Shown piece by piece: positions 49,539 through 59,900 of a stretch of 64,000 nt of DNA (positions are counted from its first letter, which is position 1; every line of letters starts with the position of its first letter). Under the pieces are notes generated by a model. That model did not search any database and was not told the DNA's origin. It saw only the letters and a list, made by a program, of their open reading frames with translations. Source of the stretch: Vulcanimicrobiota bacterium (GTDB taxonomy: Bacteria; Vulcanimicrobiota; Vulcanimicrobiia; Vulcanimicrobiales; Vulcanimicrobiaceae); assembly GCA_963723515.1 (NCBI GenBank), contig CAVRQT010000003.1:32001-96000 (forward strand). Reading direction: 5' to 3'. The position numbers and the translations under genes are program-made.

Positions 49539-51486
49539 GAAGAGATACACGCGCGAGAATCAGCTCGGGCGATACGTGACCGCGCTCTACGACGTGCTTT
49601 CGAATGTCCTCGGCGCCGACAAGGTCGTCTTGCGCGCGGGGAAACTTGGAGCCCTCAAGTTGATGCGCTCGCAGGCGTTATCAGATCGGGTCGTTGCATT
49701 GCAGCGCCTCGTTTTTGAAGATCCGACGTTCGAACGGATGACGACTCCGGCCCAAGTCCGGCGCGCGTTAAGCGAAATCGAAGATGGCCTCGCCGATCTG
49801 ATCGCTCAGAAGAACGTTGAAGATTCTATCGAGCGCAAGATCAACGAAAAGATGAGCGAGCGCCATCAAGACTATCTCAACGATCTGAAGCTTGAAGCGC
49901 TCAAGGAAGATTCCGGTCCGGAGACGCCCGCTACGCAGAAGAAACTCGAGGAGCTCAACGCGCTCTCTGATCGCGGCCTCGCGGCGTCAGCGCTGCAGTT
50001 GCTGCGCCCGGAATCGCTGCGCGAGATCGTCGGACAGGAGAGCGCTGTTCGGTCGCTCTTGGCGAAAATTTCCTCGCCGTACCCGCAGCATGTGATTCTC
50101 TTCGGGCCGCCGGGCGTTGGAAAGACGACGGTCGCGCGGCTAGTGCTCGAGGTCGCGAAATCGCGCACGTACACACCCTTCGCGAAGGATGCGCCGTTCG
50201 TTGAAGCGAGCGGTTCGACGTTGCGGTGGGATCCGCGCGAAACGACAAATCCGCTGCTCGGAAGCGTGCACGATCCGATTTACCAGGGCAGCCGGCGAGA
50301 TTTTGCCGAGAGCGGTATCCCGGAGCCCAAACTTGGGCTCGTGACCAAAGCACATGGCGGCGTGCTCTTCATCGACGAGATCGGGGAGCTCGATCCGATG
50401 ATGCAAACGCGCCTGCTCAAGGTGCTCGAGGACAAACGCGTCACCTTCGAGTCGTCATACTTCGACGAATCGATGCCGAACGTGCCGGCCTACATTAAGA
50501 AGCTCTTTGCGCAAGGCGCGCCGGCGGACTTCATTTTGATCGGCGCGACGACGCGCGAGCCCGACGACATCGATCCGGCGATCCTCTCGCGCTGTGCCAG
50601 CGTCTATTTTGAGCCGCTGACGCAATCGCAAATCGTGGCAATCGTGGAAGGCGCTCTCAAGCGGCTCGGCGCGAAGGCGCCTAAGGCCGTCCCGCAACTG
50701 ATCGCCTCATACACCATCGAAGGCCGTAAGGCGGTGCAGATTGTTGCCGACGCCTACGGGCAGGCGCTCTACCGCCTGCATCCCACGGGGCACTCGGATT
50801 TGAAGCGACGCTCGCCGCACATTAGCGAACACGACGTCAATGTCGTCGTTCAAGCGAGCCGTCTCGTTCAGCACACGCTCGTGAAAGGGCGACCGGTCCG
50901 CGAGATCGGCAAGACGTTCGGATTGGGCGTCCTGCATTATCTAGGCAGCATCATCGAAATCGAAGCCGTCGCCTTTCCGGCATCTGAAGTGCACAAAGGA
51001 ACGGTGCGCTTCAACGATGCGGCTGGTTCAATGGCCAAAGATAGTGTTTTCAACGCAGCGGCGGTCGTGCGCGCCGTTGCCGGCCTCGACATGTCCGAAT
51101 TTGACGTGCACGTCAATGTGATCGGCGGCGGCAATATCGATGGACCGTCCGCCGGACTCGCGATTTTCATGGCGCTCTATTCCGCGCTGACCAAGACGCC
51201 GTTGCCGCAAGACATCGCGCTGACGGGCGAGCTCTCGATTCAGGGCAAGGTGCGTCCGGTCGGCGGAATCATCGAGAAGCTGTACGCCGCGCGGCAAGCA
51301 GGCATGCGCGCGATGATCGTTCCAAAGGAAAACCTGCGCGAAATCGACGCCAATCTCGCGGGAATCGAAATTATCCCGGTGACGACGGTCGAGCAAGCTT
51401 TTGACGCGCTCGGCGTCCACAAGAAATCCACAATTTCGTCCACAAGGCCGCACCCGCGTTCGCGCCGCACATCTAACGTTCGCTGA
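49522..51486 (+). CDS. lonC: Lon-family ATP-dependent protease (LonC/LonB type)
   Basis: GPPGVGKTT, AHGGVLFIDEIGE, DGPSAG (Ser), VGGIIEK (Lys); between rplI and dnaB. Confidence 0.88.
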   Translation: MSLLPKKRYTRENQLGRYVTALYDVLSNVLGADKVVLRAGKLGALKLMRSQALSDRVVALQRLVFEDPTFERMTTPAQVRRALSEIEDGLADLIAQKNVEDSIERKINEKMSERHQDYLNDLKLEALKEDSGPETPATQKKLEELNALSDRGLAASALQLLRPESLREIVGQESAVRSLLAKISSPYPQHVILFGPPGVGKTTVARLVLEVAKSRTYTPFAKDAPFVEASGSTLRWDPRETTNPLLGSVHDPIYQGSRRDFAESGIPEPKLGLVTKAHGGVLFIDEIGELDPMMQTRLLKVLEDKRVTFESSYFDESMPNVPAYIKKLFAQGAPADFILIGATTREPDDIDPAILSRCASVYFEPLTQSQIVAIVEGALKRLGAKAPKAVPQLIASYTIEGRKAVQIVADAYGQALYRLHPTGHSDLKRRSPHISEHDVNVVVQASRLVQHTLVKGRPVREIGKTFGLGVLHYLGSIIEIEAVAFPASEVHKGTVRFNDAAGSMAKDSVFNAAAVVRAVAGLDMSEFDVHVNVIGGGNIDGPSAGLAIFMALYSALTKTPLPQDIALTGELSIQGKVRPVGGIIEKLYAARQAGMRAMIVPKENLREIDANLAGIEIIPVTTVEQAFDALGVHKKSTISSTRPHPRSRRTSNVR

Positions 51487-52850
51487 TGGCGCTAAGTGAA
51501 GCCGCGGTAATCGATCGCATCCCTCCGCAAAATCTTGAAGCGGAGATGGCGCTTATCGGTTCGCTTCTTGTCGATCGCGAGATTGCGGGCGTTGTCGCAG
51601 AGATCGTCAAGCCCGAAGATTTCTACGCGCACGTTCACGAGACGATCTATCAAGCGATAATAGACTTGTACGACCGCGGTGAACCGCTCGACAAGATCAC
51701 CGTTTCCGAAGAACTGCAGCGGCGCAACATGCTCGAGCGTGTCGGCGGTCTGTCCTATCTTTCGTCGCTGATGGATACGGTGCAGACGGCCGCATCGGCG
51801 ACATATTATGCCAAGATCGTTCGCGAAAAAGCGACGCTGCGCGGTCTCATTCACGCCGGGACGGAGATCAGCCGGCTGGGATTCGATAGCGAGGCCGACG
51901 TTGATGGCGCGCTCGATCGCTGCGAGCAGTTGGTCTATGAAGTCGGCAGCCATCAGCTCGGCGGTGAATTCGTGCCGATCAAGGCGCTGATGAAACCGGC
52001 GTTCGAGCAGATTGACAAGCTCTTCCACCAGCGCGGCGACCGAACCGGACTGACAACCGGATTCTCCGACGTCGATCAGATGACGACCGGCCTGCATCCC
52101 GGCAACCTCGTCATCATCGCTGCGCGCCCTGGCTTCGGCAAGACATCGTTGGCGCTGAACATGGCGGTCGCAACCGCCAAAGAGGATCAGCTGCCGGTCG
52201 CGTTCTTTTCGCTCGAAATGACGAACGACGAGTTGCTTCAGCGACTGATCTGTTCGGAAGCGAATTTGAATTCGCTGAACATCCGCAAGGGCAACATCAA
52301 AAACAACGAGTGGTCGATCATTGCGGAGGCAATGAGCCGGCTCAACGAATTGCCAATCTATCTCGATGACCAAGGTTCGATCACCGTTTCGGAAATTCGA
52401 AGCCGTTCCCGGCGCCTGAAATCACTGCATGGTCTCGGCATTGTCTTCATCGACTATTTGCAGCTGCTGCGTCCGGCGCCGAGCAACCGTTCAGTCAACC
52501 GCAACGAAGAGCTGTCGGAAATCTGCCGCGTGCTTAAAGCAACCGCCAAAGATTTGGAAGTGCCGATCGTTGCACTTGCACAGTTGAATCGCTCGCTCGA
52601 AGCGCGTCAAGACAAACGCCCGATGCTTTCAGATTTACGTGATTCCGGCGCTATTGAGCAGGAAGCGGATCTCGTTGAGTTTTTATATCGCGACGGTTAT
52701 TACAATCCCGATGCAACGGAAGCCGATTTAACTGAATTGATTCTCGCCAAACAGCGCAACGGGCCAACCGGCCTTGTTAAACTACGATTCCGCGCCGAAA
52801 ACACGAAATTTGTGCCGTACGGCGATGAGTCGTACTACTCGCCACCTTAG
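51486..52850 (+). CDS. dnaB: Replicative DNA helicase
   Basis: PPQNLEAE, AARPGFGKT, FSLEM, IDYLQL, LAQLNR, SDLRDSGAIEQEAD, KQRNGPTG. Confidence 0.97.
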   Translation: MALSEAAVIDRIPPQNLEAEMALIGSLLVDREIAGVVAEIVKPEDFYAHVHETIYQAIIDLYDRGEPLDKITVSEELQRRNMLERVGGLSYLSSLMDTVQTAASATYYAKIVREKATLRGLIHAGTEISRLGFDSEADVDGALDRCEQLVYEVGSHQLGGEFVPIKALMKPAFEQIDKLFHQRGDRTGLTTGFSDVDQMTTGLHPGNLVIIAARPGFGKTSLALNMAVATAKEDQLPVAFFSLEMTNDELLQRLICSEANLNSLNIRKGNIKNNEWSIIAEAMSRLNELPIYLDDQGSITVSEIRSRSRRLKSLHGLGIVFIDYLQLLRPAPSNRSVNRNEELSEICRVLKATAKDLEVPIVALAQLNRSLEARQDKRPMLSDLRDSGAIEQEADLVEFLYRDGYYNPDATEADLTELILAKQRNGPTGLVKLRFRAENTKFVPYGDESYYSPP

Positions 52851-52873
52851 AAGGCGTCGCGTCTCTTAACCGC

Positions 52874-52925
52874 TGTCACCCTGAGCTCAGCCTGCCCTGA
52901 GTTTATCGAAGGGTCGAAGGGCGAC
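52874..52925 (+). repeat. Nested REP-like repeat between convergent dnaB and gamma-CA genes
   Basis: TGTCACCCTGAGCTC[AGCCTGCCCTGAGTTTATCGAAGG]GTCGAAGGGCGAC. Confidence 0.78.
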
Positions 52926-53436
52926 CGATATCTTGCTCCAGATATCGCCGCGATAGTTTAACGTATTCATCGGCCGAGATCTCGATCCAGTGCGCCGGCG
53001 CGCCTTCCAATTTTTTCTTGACGACCGCCGGCGCGCCGGCGGCCATAACTGACGAGGGGATCTGCGAATTCTCGCCCACGACACTTCCCGCTGCGATCAA
53101 GGTGCGCTCACCGATTCTCGAGCCGCCTAAGATCGTCGAGTTGCTCCCGATCAATGCAAAATTTTCGATTACACAATCTTCCATGACGGCGGCGTGACCG
53201 ACGGTCACGTCATCGCCGACAATTGTCTGTCCCGTTTCGCTGACGTGCATCACGGCATTATCTTGAATCGAGCTGCGTGCGCCGATGCGAATCGGTCCGT
53301 TGTCGCCGCGCAGCACCGCCCCGAACCAGATGCTCGACTCCGGGCCGACTTCAACGTCGCCGATCAGGGTCGCCGTGGGGGCGACAAAAGCGGAGGGGTG
53401 GACCGTGGGCCGCTTTCCGCGATACTCGATGAGCAT
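52903..53436 (-). CDS. Gamma carbonic anhydrase family (hexapeptide repeat) protein
   Basis: AFVAPTATLIGDV, SIWFGAVLRGD, IQDNAVMH, VTVGH. Confidence 0.92.
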   Translation of the reverse strand: MLIEYRGKRPTVHPSAFVAPTATLIGDVEVGPESSIWFGAVLRGDNGPIRIGARSSIQDNAVMHVSETGQTIVGDDVTVGHAAVMEDCVIENFALIGSNSTILGGSRIGERTLIAAGSVVGENSQIPSSVMAAGAPAVVKKKLEGAPAHWIEISADEYVKLSRRYLEQDIGRPSTLR

Positions 53437-53504
53437 GGGATACCTCCGGCGAATGCGGTCTTTAGAACCGACGAAATTTTGATATTGCACACGAGGTCCT
53501 GTTC

Positions 53505-53783
53505 ATGAGTGAGCATCGGCATCAAACGCCGCTGCGCGGCGTGAAAGCGACGCCCCATCCCCAGCCCGACAACCCGAATTACGGCGCGATCAACTATGCC
53601 TACGCTGGCCGAACCGGGCACGTTCATGAGGTCGTGACGATCCGCGGCCAAGAACTGGCGAAAGTGGGCTTCGACGATCGTAAAATCGTCTATTACTTGC
53701 TCGAAGACTTGGAGCTGGATCAGGGCGCGAAGCGCGGAACGTTTCACGATCGCGACCTTAAAGCGAATGAGGAGAAGGGCTAG
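53505..53783 (+). CDS. Hypothetical protein
   Basis: 92-aa ORF with GAGG SD, first gene of a tight + strand run. Confidence 0.6.
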   Translation: MSEHRHQTPLRGVKATPHPQPDNPNYGAINYAYAGRTGHVHEVVTIRGQELAKVGFDDRKIVYYLLEDLELDQGAKRGTFHDRDLKANEEKG

Positions 53784-53785
53784 CG

Positions 53786-54691
53786 ATGCCGATTTTGCCG
53801 GTCGATCCGCCGCAGCATGTACCCGTCATCGGCGGCTTCGATTATGTGACGGTTGACGCTGCACACCGTCGCGTCTACGCCGCGCACGTCGGAAGCCGCG
53901 CACTGCTCATCGTTGACGCCGATAGTGGAAAGATCGTCGGCCAAGTCCGCGTCGGTCCGATGTCTGGCGTGGCGTTCGACCCGAGCAGCGGCCACGTATT
54001 CACCGGCAACGGGGCGTGGCGCTCGGTTTCTGAGGTCGATCCAACAACCCTCAAGGAGTTGCGAAGCGTCGATGTGCCTGGCGAGGTGGACGCGATCGCA
54101 TACGATTCACAATCTGGACGAATCTTTGCCGATGAAGGCGACGGCACGCATATTTACGTGGTTGACGCAAAGACGTTCAAGCAGATCGGCTCGATCCACT
54201 TGCCCGGACATAAGCCCGAAGATCTGGCGATCAATGCCAAGGCCCGCGAACTCTATCAGAACATCGACAACCTCTCAGAAATCGCCGTCATCGATTTGCA
54301 GACGTTGAAAACCAAGCGGATCATCAAGACGCCGGCGCTGCAGCACAACCATCCCTTGCAATACGATCCGGTCTTCGATCAGATTCTTGTTGGGGGCATC
54401 AACGGGAAGCTCGACATTTACAGTCCGAGCGGCGCGCTGTTGCACGAATTGAACATCCCCGAACGGATCGACCAATGCAATCTCGATGCGCAGCGCCACC
54501 TGCTGGCTTGTGCCGGCAGTGGCAAGATTACGCTGATCAAGACTGATTCGTCCGCGGCACCGCAGATCGTCGGACAGATCGATGTCGCACCCGGAATGCA
54601 CACCTTAGCGATCGATCCGCAAACCGGCGCAATTTGGGCCGTCTGGGCGACGCAGGACGGCGACTTCGTCCAACGTTTTGCTTTGCAGTGA
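53786..54691 (+). CDS. YncE/YVTN-type beta-propeller protein
   Basis: FDYVTVD...RRVYAAH, repeated blades (GVAFDP, DAIAYD, HTLAIDP). Confidence 0.82.
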   Translation: MPILPVDPPQHVPVIGGFDYVTVDAAHRRVYAAHVGSRALLIVDADSGKIVGQVRVGPMSGVAFDPSSGHVFTGNGAWRSVSEVDPTTLKELRSVDVPGEVDAIAYDSQSGRIFADEGDGTHIYVVDAKTFKQIGSIHLPGHKPEDLAINAKARELYQNIDNLSEIAVIDLQTLKTKRIIKTPALQHNHPLQYDPVFDQILVGGINGKLDIYSPSGALLHELNIPERIDQCNLDAQRHLLACAGSGKITLIKTDSSAAPQIVGQIDVAPGMHTLAIDPQTGAIWAVWATQDGDFVQRFALQ

Positions 54692-54716
54692 ACCACCTGC
54701 AGAAAGAGAGACGACG

Positions 54717-55373
54717 ATGCAAGTAACCGAGAGTCCAATCTTTGAAGGAGCGACAAGCGATTACCTCACGTCGCGGCACGCGCTGATTGACGCTGAGATG
54801 CGCCTGCGCGATCAAGTTGAAGCCGTGGCGCAGCAGCGACGATCGCTGCCAGAAGGCCCGTCGGTCGTGGATTTTGAGTTCACCGACGTCTCCTCGGGCA
54901 AGGGGGTGCGGTTAAGCGAGTTGTTCGGATCGCACGATTCGCTGATCATCTACAATCTAATGTTTGCGCCGAAAGATGATGCGCCGTGCCCGATGTGCAC
55001 GATGTGGGTTGATGGTTACAACGGCGTGATGCGTCAGGTCACCGACGCCGCATCGATGGCCGTCGCCTCACGCGCTCCGCTTGAAAAGCTGCGCGCATTG
55101 CGCGATTCCCGGCAATGGAATCGTCTGCGTTTGCTTTCTTCTCCGCGCGAATACGCGCGCACGATCGGTTCAGAAAATGATGATGGGACGCAAAACCCTA
55201 TTCTCACCGTTTTCCGGCGTTCGGGCAACAAGCTCTCACTTTGGTACCGCGCGAGCGCAGAATTTCCGAACGAAACCTACCGCGGCATCGACTTGCTTTC
55301 TCCGGTCTGGAACCTGCTCGATTTGCTTCCGGAAGGGCGCGGCGATTGGTTCCCGGCTGACATCAAGATCTAG
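54717..55373 (+). CDS. DUF899 thioredoxin-like protein
   Basis: VAQQRRSLP, LSELFG, CPMC, LLDLLPEGR. Confidence 0.88.
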   Translation: MQVTESPIFEGATSDYLTSRHALIDAEMRLRDQVEAVAQQRRSLPEGPSVVDFEFTDVSSGKGVRLSELFGSHDSLIIYNLMFAPKDDAPCPMCTMWVDGYNGVMRQVTDAASMAVASRAPLEKLRALRDSRQWNRLRLLSSPREYARTIGSENDDGTQNPILTVFRRSGNKLSLWYRASAEFPNETYRGIDLLSPVWNLLDLLPEGRGDWFPADIKI

Positions 55374-55379
55374 CGAACC

Positions 55380-55802
55380 ATGACGGTAACTGCTTTGCCG
55401 CAATACCGCTCGCTGCGCGGCTTGCTCCTTATTGTTGCGATTTTACTCGCGATCGGCGGCGCGGTGATCCTTTTCGATGCGCAGCTGGTTTTCTTGGCGT
55501 TGCCCATTCCAAAGGAAGCCTTCGCGCACGCGACCATCACAGTGCTGATCCAAGATTTGGGAGCGATGGCGCTCGGTATCGCGGTCGTCGTGTACGCCGC
55601 TTCGCGAGATCCCGTTCGCTACATTTCAGCCGTTGATGCGCTGATCGTCATTCTCGTGTTGCTCGCGAGCGTCGATGTGTACGCCGTGGAGAAACTGCAC
55701 TTCAATACGATCTATCCGAGCGGAATGATTTGGGCGCGCGTCGCTCTGCGCCTCATCGTAGCCATCGTGCTGCTCTGGTTACGCCCAAAGGCAGTATACT
55801 AA
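55380..55802 (+). CDS. Hypothetical 4-TM membrane protein
   Basis: 140-aa hydrophobic ORF filling the gap. Confidence 0.65.
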   Translation: MTVTALPQYRSLRGLLLIVAILLAIGGAVILFDAQLVFLALPIPKEAFAHATITVLIQDLGAMALGIAVVVYAASRDPVRYISAVDALIVILVLLASVDVYAVEKLHFNTIYPSGMIWARVALRLIVAIVLLWLRPKAVY

Positions 55803-55850
55803 CGGAAAGGGCGGCGACCGGAGGCGTTGAACGGGTCCGGTCGCAACGGC

Positions 55851-55926
55851 GCCGACGTAGCTCAGTTGGTAGAGCAGCTGATTCGTAATTAGCAGGTCAT
55901 CGGTTCGAGTCCGATCGTCGGCTCCA
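55851..55926 (+). tRNA. tRNA-Thr(CGT)
   Basis: GCCGACG acceptor stem pairs with CGTCGGC, D-arm TAGCTCAGTTGGTAGAGC, anticodon loop TTCGTAA, GGTTCGAGTCC T-arm, encoded CCA. Confidence 0.96.
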
Positions 55927-55933
55927 TATTTTG

Positions 55934-56578
55934 ATGCGAAACAAAATACGCAGGCATCCTGAGCGCGCTTTGCTCGAACACGACGAGGTCCTCGCCATTA
56001 TCGACGAGGCCCTCGTCGCGCATGTTGGCTTTGTAGACGATGGCGCACCGGTCGTTATTCCGACGACCTATGCGCGCGTCGGCAACACACTCTATCTTCA
56101 TGGCGCTGCATCAGGACGATTGATGTCAGTGACCGGCGCAGCCGAGCAGATTTGCGTAACGATCACTTTGCTCGACGGCCTCGTTCTCGCGCGATCCGCA
56201 TTCAACCATTCGATGAATTACCGCAGCGTCGTCATCTTTGGCAAGCCGCGAGTTGTTCGCGATCCCGATGAGAAGCGGCGCGCCTTTGCCGCGCTGGTTG
56301 AACATGTCGTGCCGGGTCGTGGCGACGATACACGCGAGGCCTCAGAAACCGAGCTGAAGACAACTGGAATCGTGGCGATCGATCTCGATCAATGCTCCGC
56401 GAAGCGCCGGAGCGGTCCGCCCAAAGATGCCAAAGGCGACGAATCGCTGCCACATTGGGCAGGCGTTTTGCCGGCGCAGATCGTTTTCGGCGAACCGGAG
56501 CCCGACGAAGCTGCGCAAGCCACGGGCCTACCAAACTATTTGCGCGCGTACGATCGCAGTTTGAAAAGGAGGCGCTGA
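55934..56578 (+). CDS. Pyridoxamine 5'-phosphate oxidase-like flavin-binding protein (NimA-like)
   Basis: LYLHGA, LLDGLVLARSAFNHSMNYRSVVIFG, WAGVLP. Confidence 0.9.
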   Translation: MRNKIRRHPERALLEHDEVLAIIDEALVAHVGFVDDGAPVVIPTTYARVGNTLYLHGAASGRLMSVTGAAEQICVTITLLDGLVLARSAFNHSMNYRSVVIFGKPRVVRDPDEKRRAFAALVEHVVPGRGDDTREASETELKTTGIVAIDLDQCSAKRRSGPPKDAKGDESLPHWAGVLPAQIVFGEPEPDEAAQATGLPNYLRAYDRSLKRRR

Positions 56579-56697
56579 TTTTCGGTCTCACCGCCGCTCC
56601 TTCGTTCGCGGCGAGCAGTGTGCCGCCGCTGCCTGCGTGAGGAGAGCAAGAAGTGGGAAATATACGGCACCACTCGTCCCTTTATAAGGAGAGAACG

Positions 56698-56901
56698 ATG
56701 GCGTCAATTGCTCGTATAACCGAGATCAGTTCAACGTCGCAGACGAGCTTCGAGGATGCGATCCAAGCCGGAATATCGCGCGCGAATCAGACGTTACGCA
56801 ACGTTCGCGGAGCGTGGATCAAAGAGCAAAACATCGAGATCGATAACGGCAAGATCGCCGGCTATCGAGTGAATATGCTCATCACCTTCGTGCTTGAGTA
56901 G
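56698..56901 (+). CDS. Dodecin family flavin-binding protein
   Basis: ITEISSTSQTSFEDAIQAGISRANQTLRNVRGAWIKEQ...YRVNMLITFVLE. Confidence 0.9.
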   Translation: MASIARITEISSTSQTSFEDAIQAGISRANQTLRNVRGAWIKEQNIEIDNGKIAGYRVNMLITFVLE

Positions 56902-56907
56902 GGCCGC

Positions 56908-59900
56908 TTAGCCGCTAATCGTCAGCGTTGTGGCCGCCGACCGGCCGAACTCCTCTGGTGCGTACTGCAGATGCGCCTCGGCGCCGGGCCACGCGAATGT
57001 CCCGCTGGTGACGGAACGCACGAGGTAGTGGAGTGAGTAGATGCCCGCATCGAGATGGTCGGCATAGGCGAAGATGCGGTCTTTATAGATCGTTTGGTAA
57101 TTTATCTGCCAGCTCTGCGCCTGCGCCGCAAAGAATGGCGTCGAGGTTTGGAAGGCGGTGTCGACCGCCTCCAAGCCTGCGGGCAAGGGATCGGTAATCA
57201 TCACATGGTCGACCGGATGGTCGGTAATGATCTCAAGTCCAATGTCGTAAACTGCCGCGGCACCGAGCGTCACCGGCGCCGGCTTGCTCAAACCCATCTG
57301 CGCAACGACCGGCTCGTCATTTGCGCGCCGGACGCTGCGCGTAACGCGCAGACCGCTCAGCGCGCCGGCTTGTTCCCCAGTCAACCGATACGTATACGCG
57401 ACGACATAATGGAGCGTCCCATTCCCGCTCTTTTGGAACGTCAGCGTTTTTTGTCCGCTGCCGACGCTTTGCGCATTAACGCTCAACTGATGCGCGATCG
57501 GGCGGCTGCCCGAAAACTGTACTGTTCCAACCGTATTCGAACCGACGACGGCAACGACTCGGAAATTTTGATTGGCCGGCTGCACCGACGCGTAATCGGT
57601 CAGGGCCATCAATTTCTGTGCGGTGTCATACGTGTTCAAGAAGGCGCACTCGCAATGCACGATGCTGAGCGTTCGTACGGCATTGTCCAGGAGCTCAGGT
57701 GAAGCATGTAGGGCCAGCAGCAGGCGCACGAGTTGCGCCTGAGCCACGTCCTTCGAATCGAGCCACTCCCAAGAGCCTGGAACATTTGCGGTCGCATTGC
57801 GAGCGGTGAGGTATAGGGTTTCTTGCATTTTCTTCGCGAGCGCGCGTCCTTGCGATTGCCAACCCGGAACCGACAGGAGATACCGCGCGAGACGCGCTTT
57901 TCCGGCGAAACTAAATTGCTCTCGTTGATCGTAGATGCTCGGAACAAAATCGCTGCGTGTGTTGCCGAGCTCCGAGAGCGCCAGTAGCATTTGCAACCGC
58001 ACGTCGGCTTTGCACGATGCCGCCCTGCACCAGTTCAGTTTCCCGGGATTGGCGAGCGTGTCGGAGAGATATTTCTTCAGCCCCGCGATCAGCGACTGAT
58101 CGACCGGAAGTCCTGCACGTTGCGCACGTCCGAGCGCTTGGGCGGCATAGCCGCTCATGAACGGCTCCGAGTCGCCGCCCGGCCACGCTGCGAGGCCGCC
58201 GTCGTCTTTCTTTAGTTTGGCCAGTGTCGCCACATCTGTGCGCGCTTCGTCAATCAGATTGACCTTGACCGGCTGTCCGATTTTCGGCGCGAGCTGCTTG
58301 AGGGAGGCTGCAATGATCAACCGGCTCGCCGCGGGTTCAACGAACGGCGCCGTTTCGGTCTGCAACACGCTTTGCGCGGGAGCGACGATCTGCGGGATCA
58401 CCGAGTTGCCGAGCCAGATACTTAAGGCGCCCGGCGCACTCAGCGAGAGCGGAAGCGACGTGTTGGTTTGCGTCGCCCCGGCTTGCGTGAAGGTTTCCGT
58501 CACGTCCGCATTGCGAACTTCGAACGGCACCTCGAACGCATCGCTGTGCGGCCCAAGCGTCGCATTGAACTGCATCGTCGTCGGCTGTGGCTCGCCGACA
58601 AGCATCGGGAAGCGAATCGCCTGCGTCCCGGTTGCGGCATCCGTCTGCAGATGTGCGGTTGATGACCGCGCGCCGTTTTGATCGAACTGCAGCGCCCCCG
58701 TCAGCGTGCCGGCGACGTTCGCTTGACCTGCATTTCCAGTCGTATTCGTTAGTGAGATCCCGCCTTGCAGGCGGTCGCCGGTCCGCGCGAATTGCGGCAA
58801 TAGCGGATTTGCAAGGACCGGTTTGCGCGAGATGAACGTTGCGTCGCTAACGCCGAACCGGTAATCTTGCCCTTGACCGCCTACCGCAATCGCCATAACA
58901 CGCCACGTTGTCACGTCGTCGGGCAAGGTAAATGAGAATTGTGCGTTTCCGCCCGTGTCGGTCTTCAGCGCACCGTTATAGAAGGCGAGCGGCTGAAAAT
59001 TTCGCCTCACGCGCGTGCTGCCGGCGCCTTCCATGAAACCACCGCCGTATCCGAAGCCTTTGGCGATCGGCGATGTCAGCGGCATGAGGACAACGCTGGG
59101 ACGGTTGTCGCTCAAGCGCGTTGATATCGGCTGCTCGGCGTAGACCGTTTGCACGAGATCCGGCAGACGATATCCGGTCAACTGCAGGATCGCATCGTTC
59201 ACGACCATGACGGCGAACTCGCCGCGCATCGCTCGGCCGCCGAAGTCTTTCAGTGTGAGGCTGACGCGTTGCGGACCACCGGGCGTCGTGATCGCGTTCG
59301 CGGGATGAATCGCAACCTTCAGATGCTTGCGATCGACGTTCGTGCTAAACGATGCAAAGCCGATTCGTACGAGGCTGTCGAGAGATCCGGCCGCGAGCTG
59401 TTGTAGCGGCTTACCGCGACGAACCAACACGGCCTGAACCGCGGCATTGGGCAGCATGCCGGGGGTGATTCTGAAATGCACGCGCGGCGCACCGCCGGTG
59501 ACGTGCTCGACCGATTTATACAGCACGTTTTGGCGAACGACGGAGAAATAGACGTCTGCTTGCGGATACGGCGACTGCAGAAGCGCCGTCGCAACGTCGC
59601 CCGTGTGATATGTCGATTTGTCGAGTGAAACTTTGAGCTGGCTCGGATTTTCCGAGCTCCACCGAACCGCTTCCGGCCCGGAGATCCAAATCTGTGTGTC
59701 GGTTTGCGTCGCGTCCGATTTCGCGCCCGCGAAATTGGCGCGGATGCGATAGGCGCCGGCCTTCGGCGGCGTTAGCGAGACGGTAACGGGTGTGCCGCTT
59801 GAAGTGACGTCGGTTTGCGCTAGAGTCGTATACTTGACCGCATTGCGAGCGGACTCCCCACCTTCGATCAACTGCGTCGCCGCGCTGAAATCCATCAATT

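Noticed and set aside
7380..52925. Repeat copies as a CRISPR array
   Set aside because: Dispersed over tens of kb, no regular spacers and no cas genes
55851..55926. tRNA-Thr as a prophage/ICE integration site
   Set aside because: No integrase and no duplicated tRNA 3' end seen in the window
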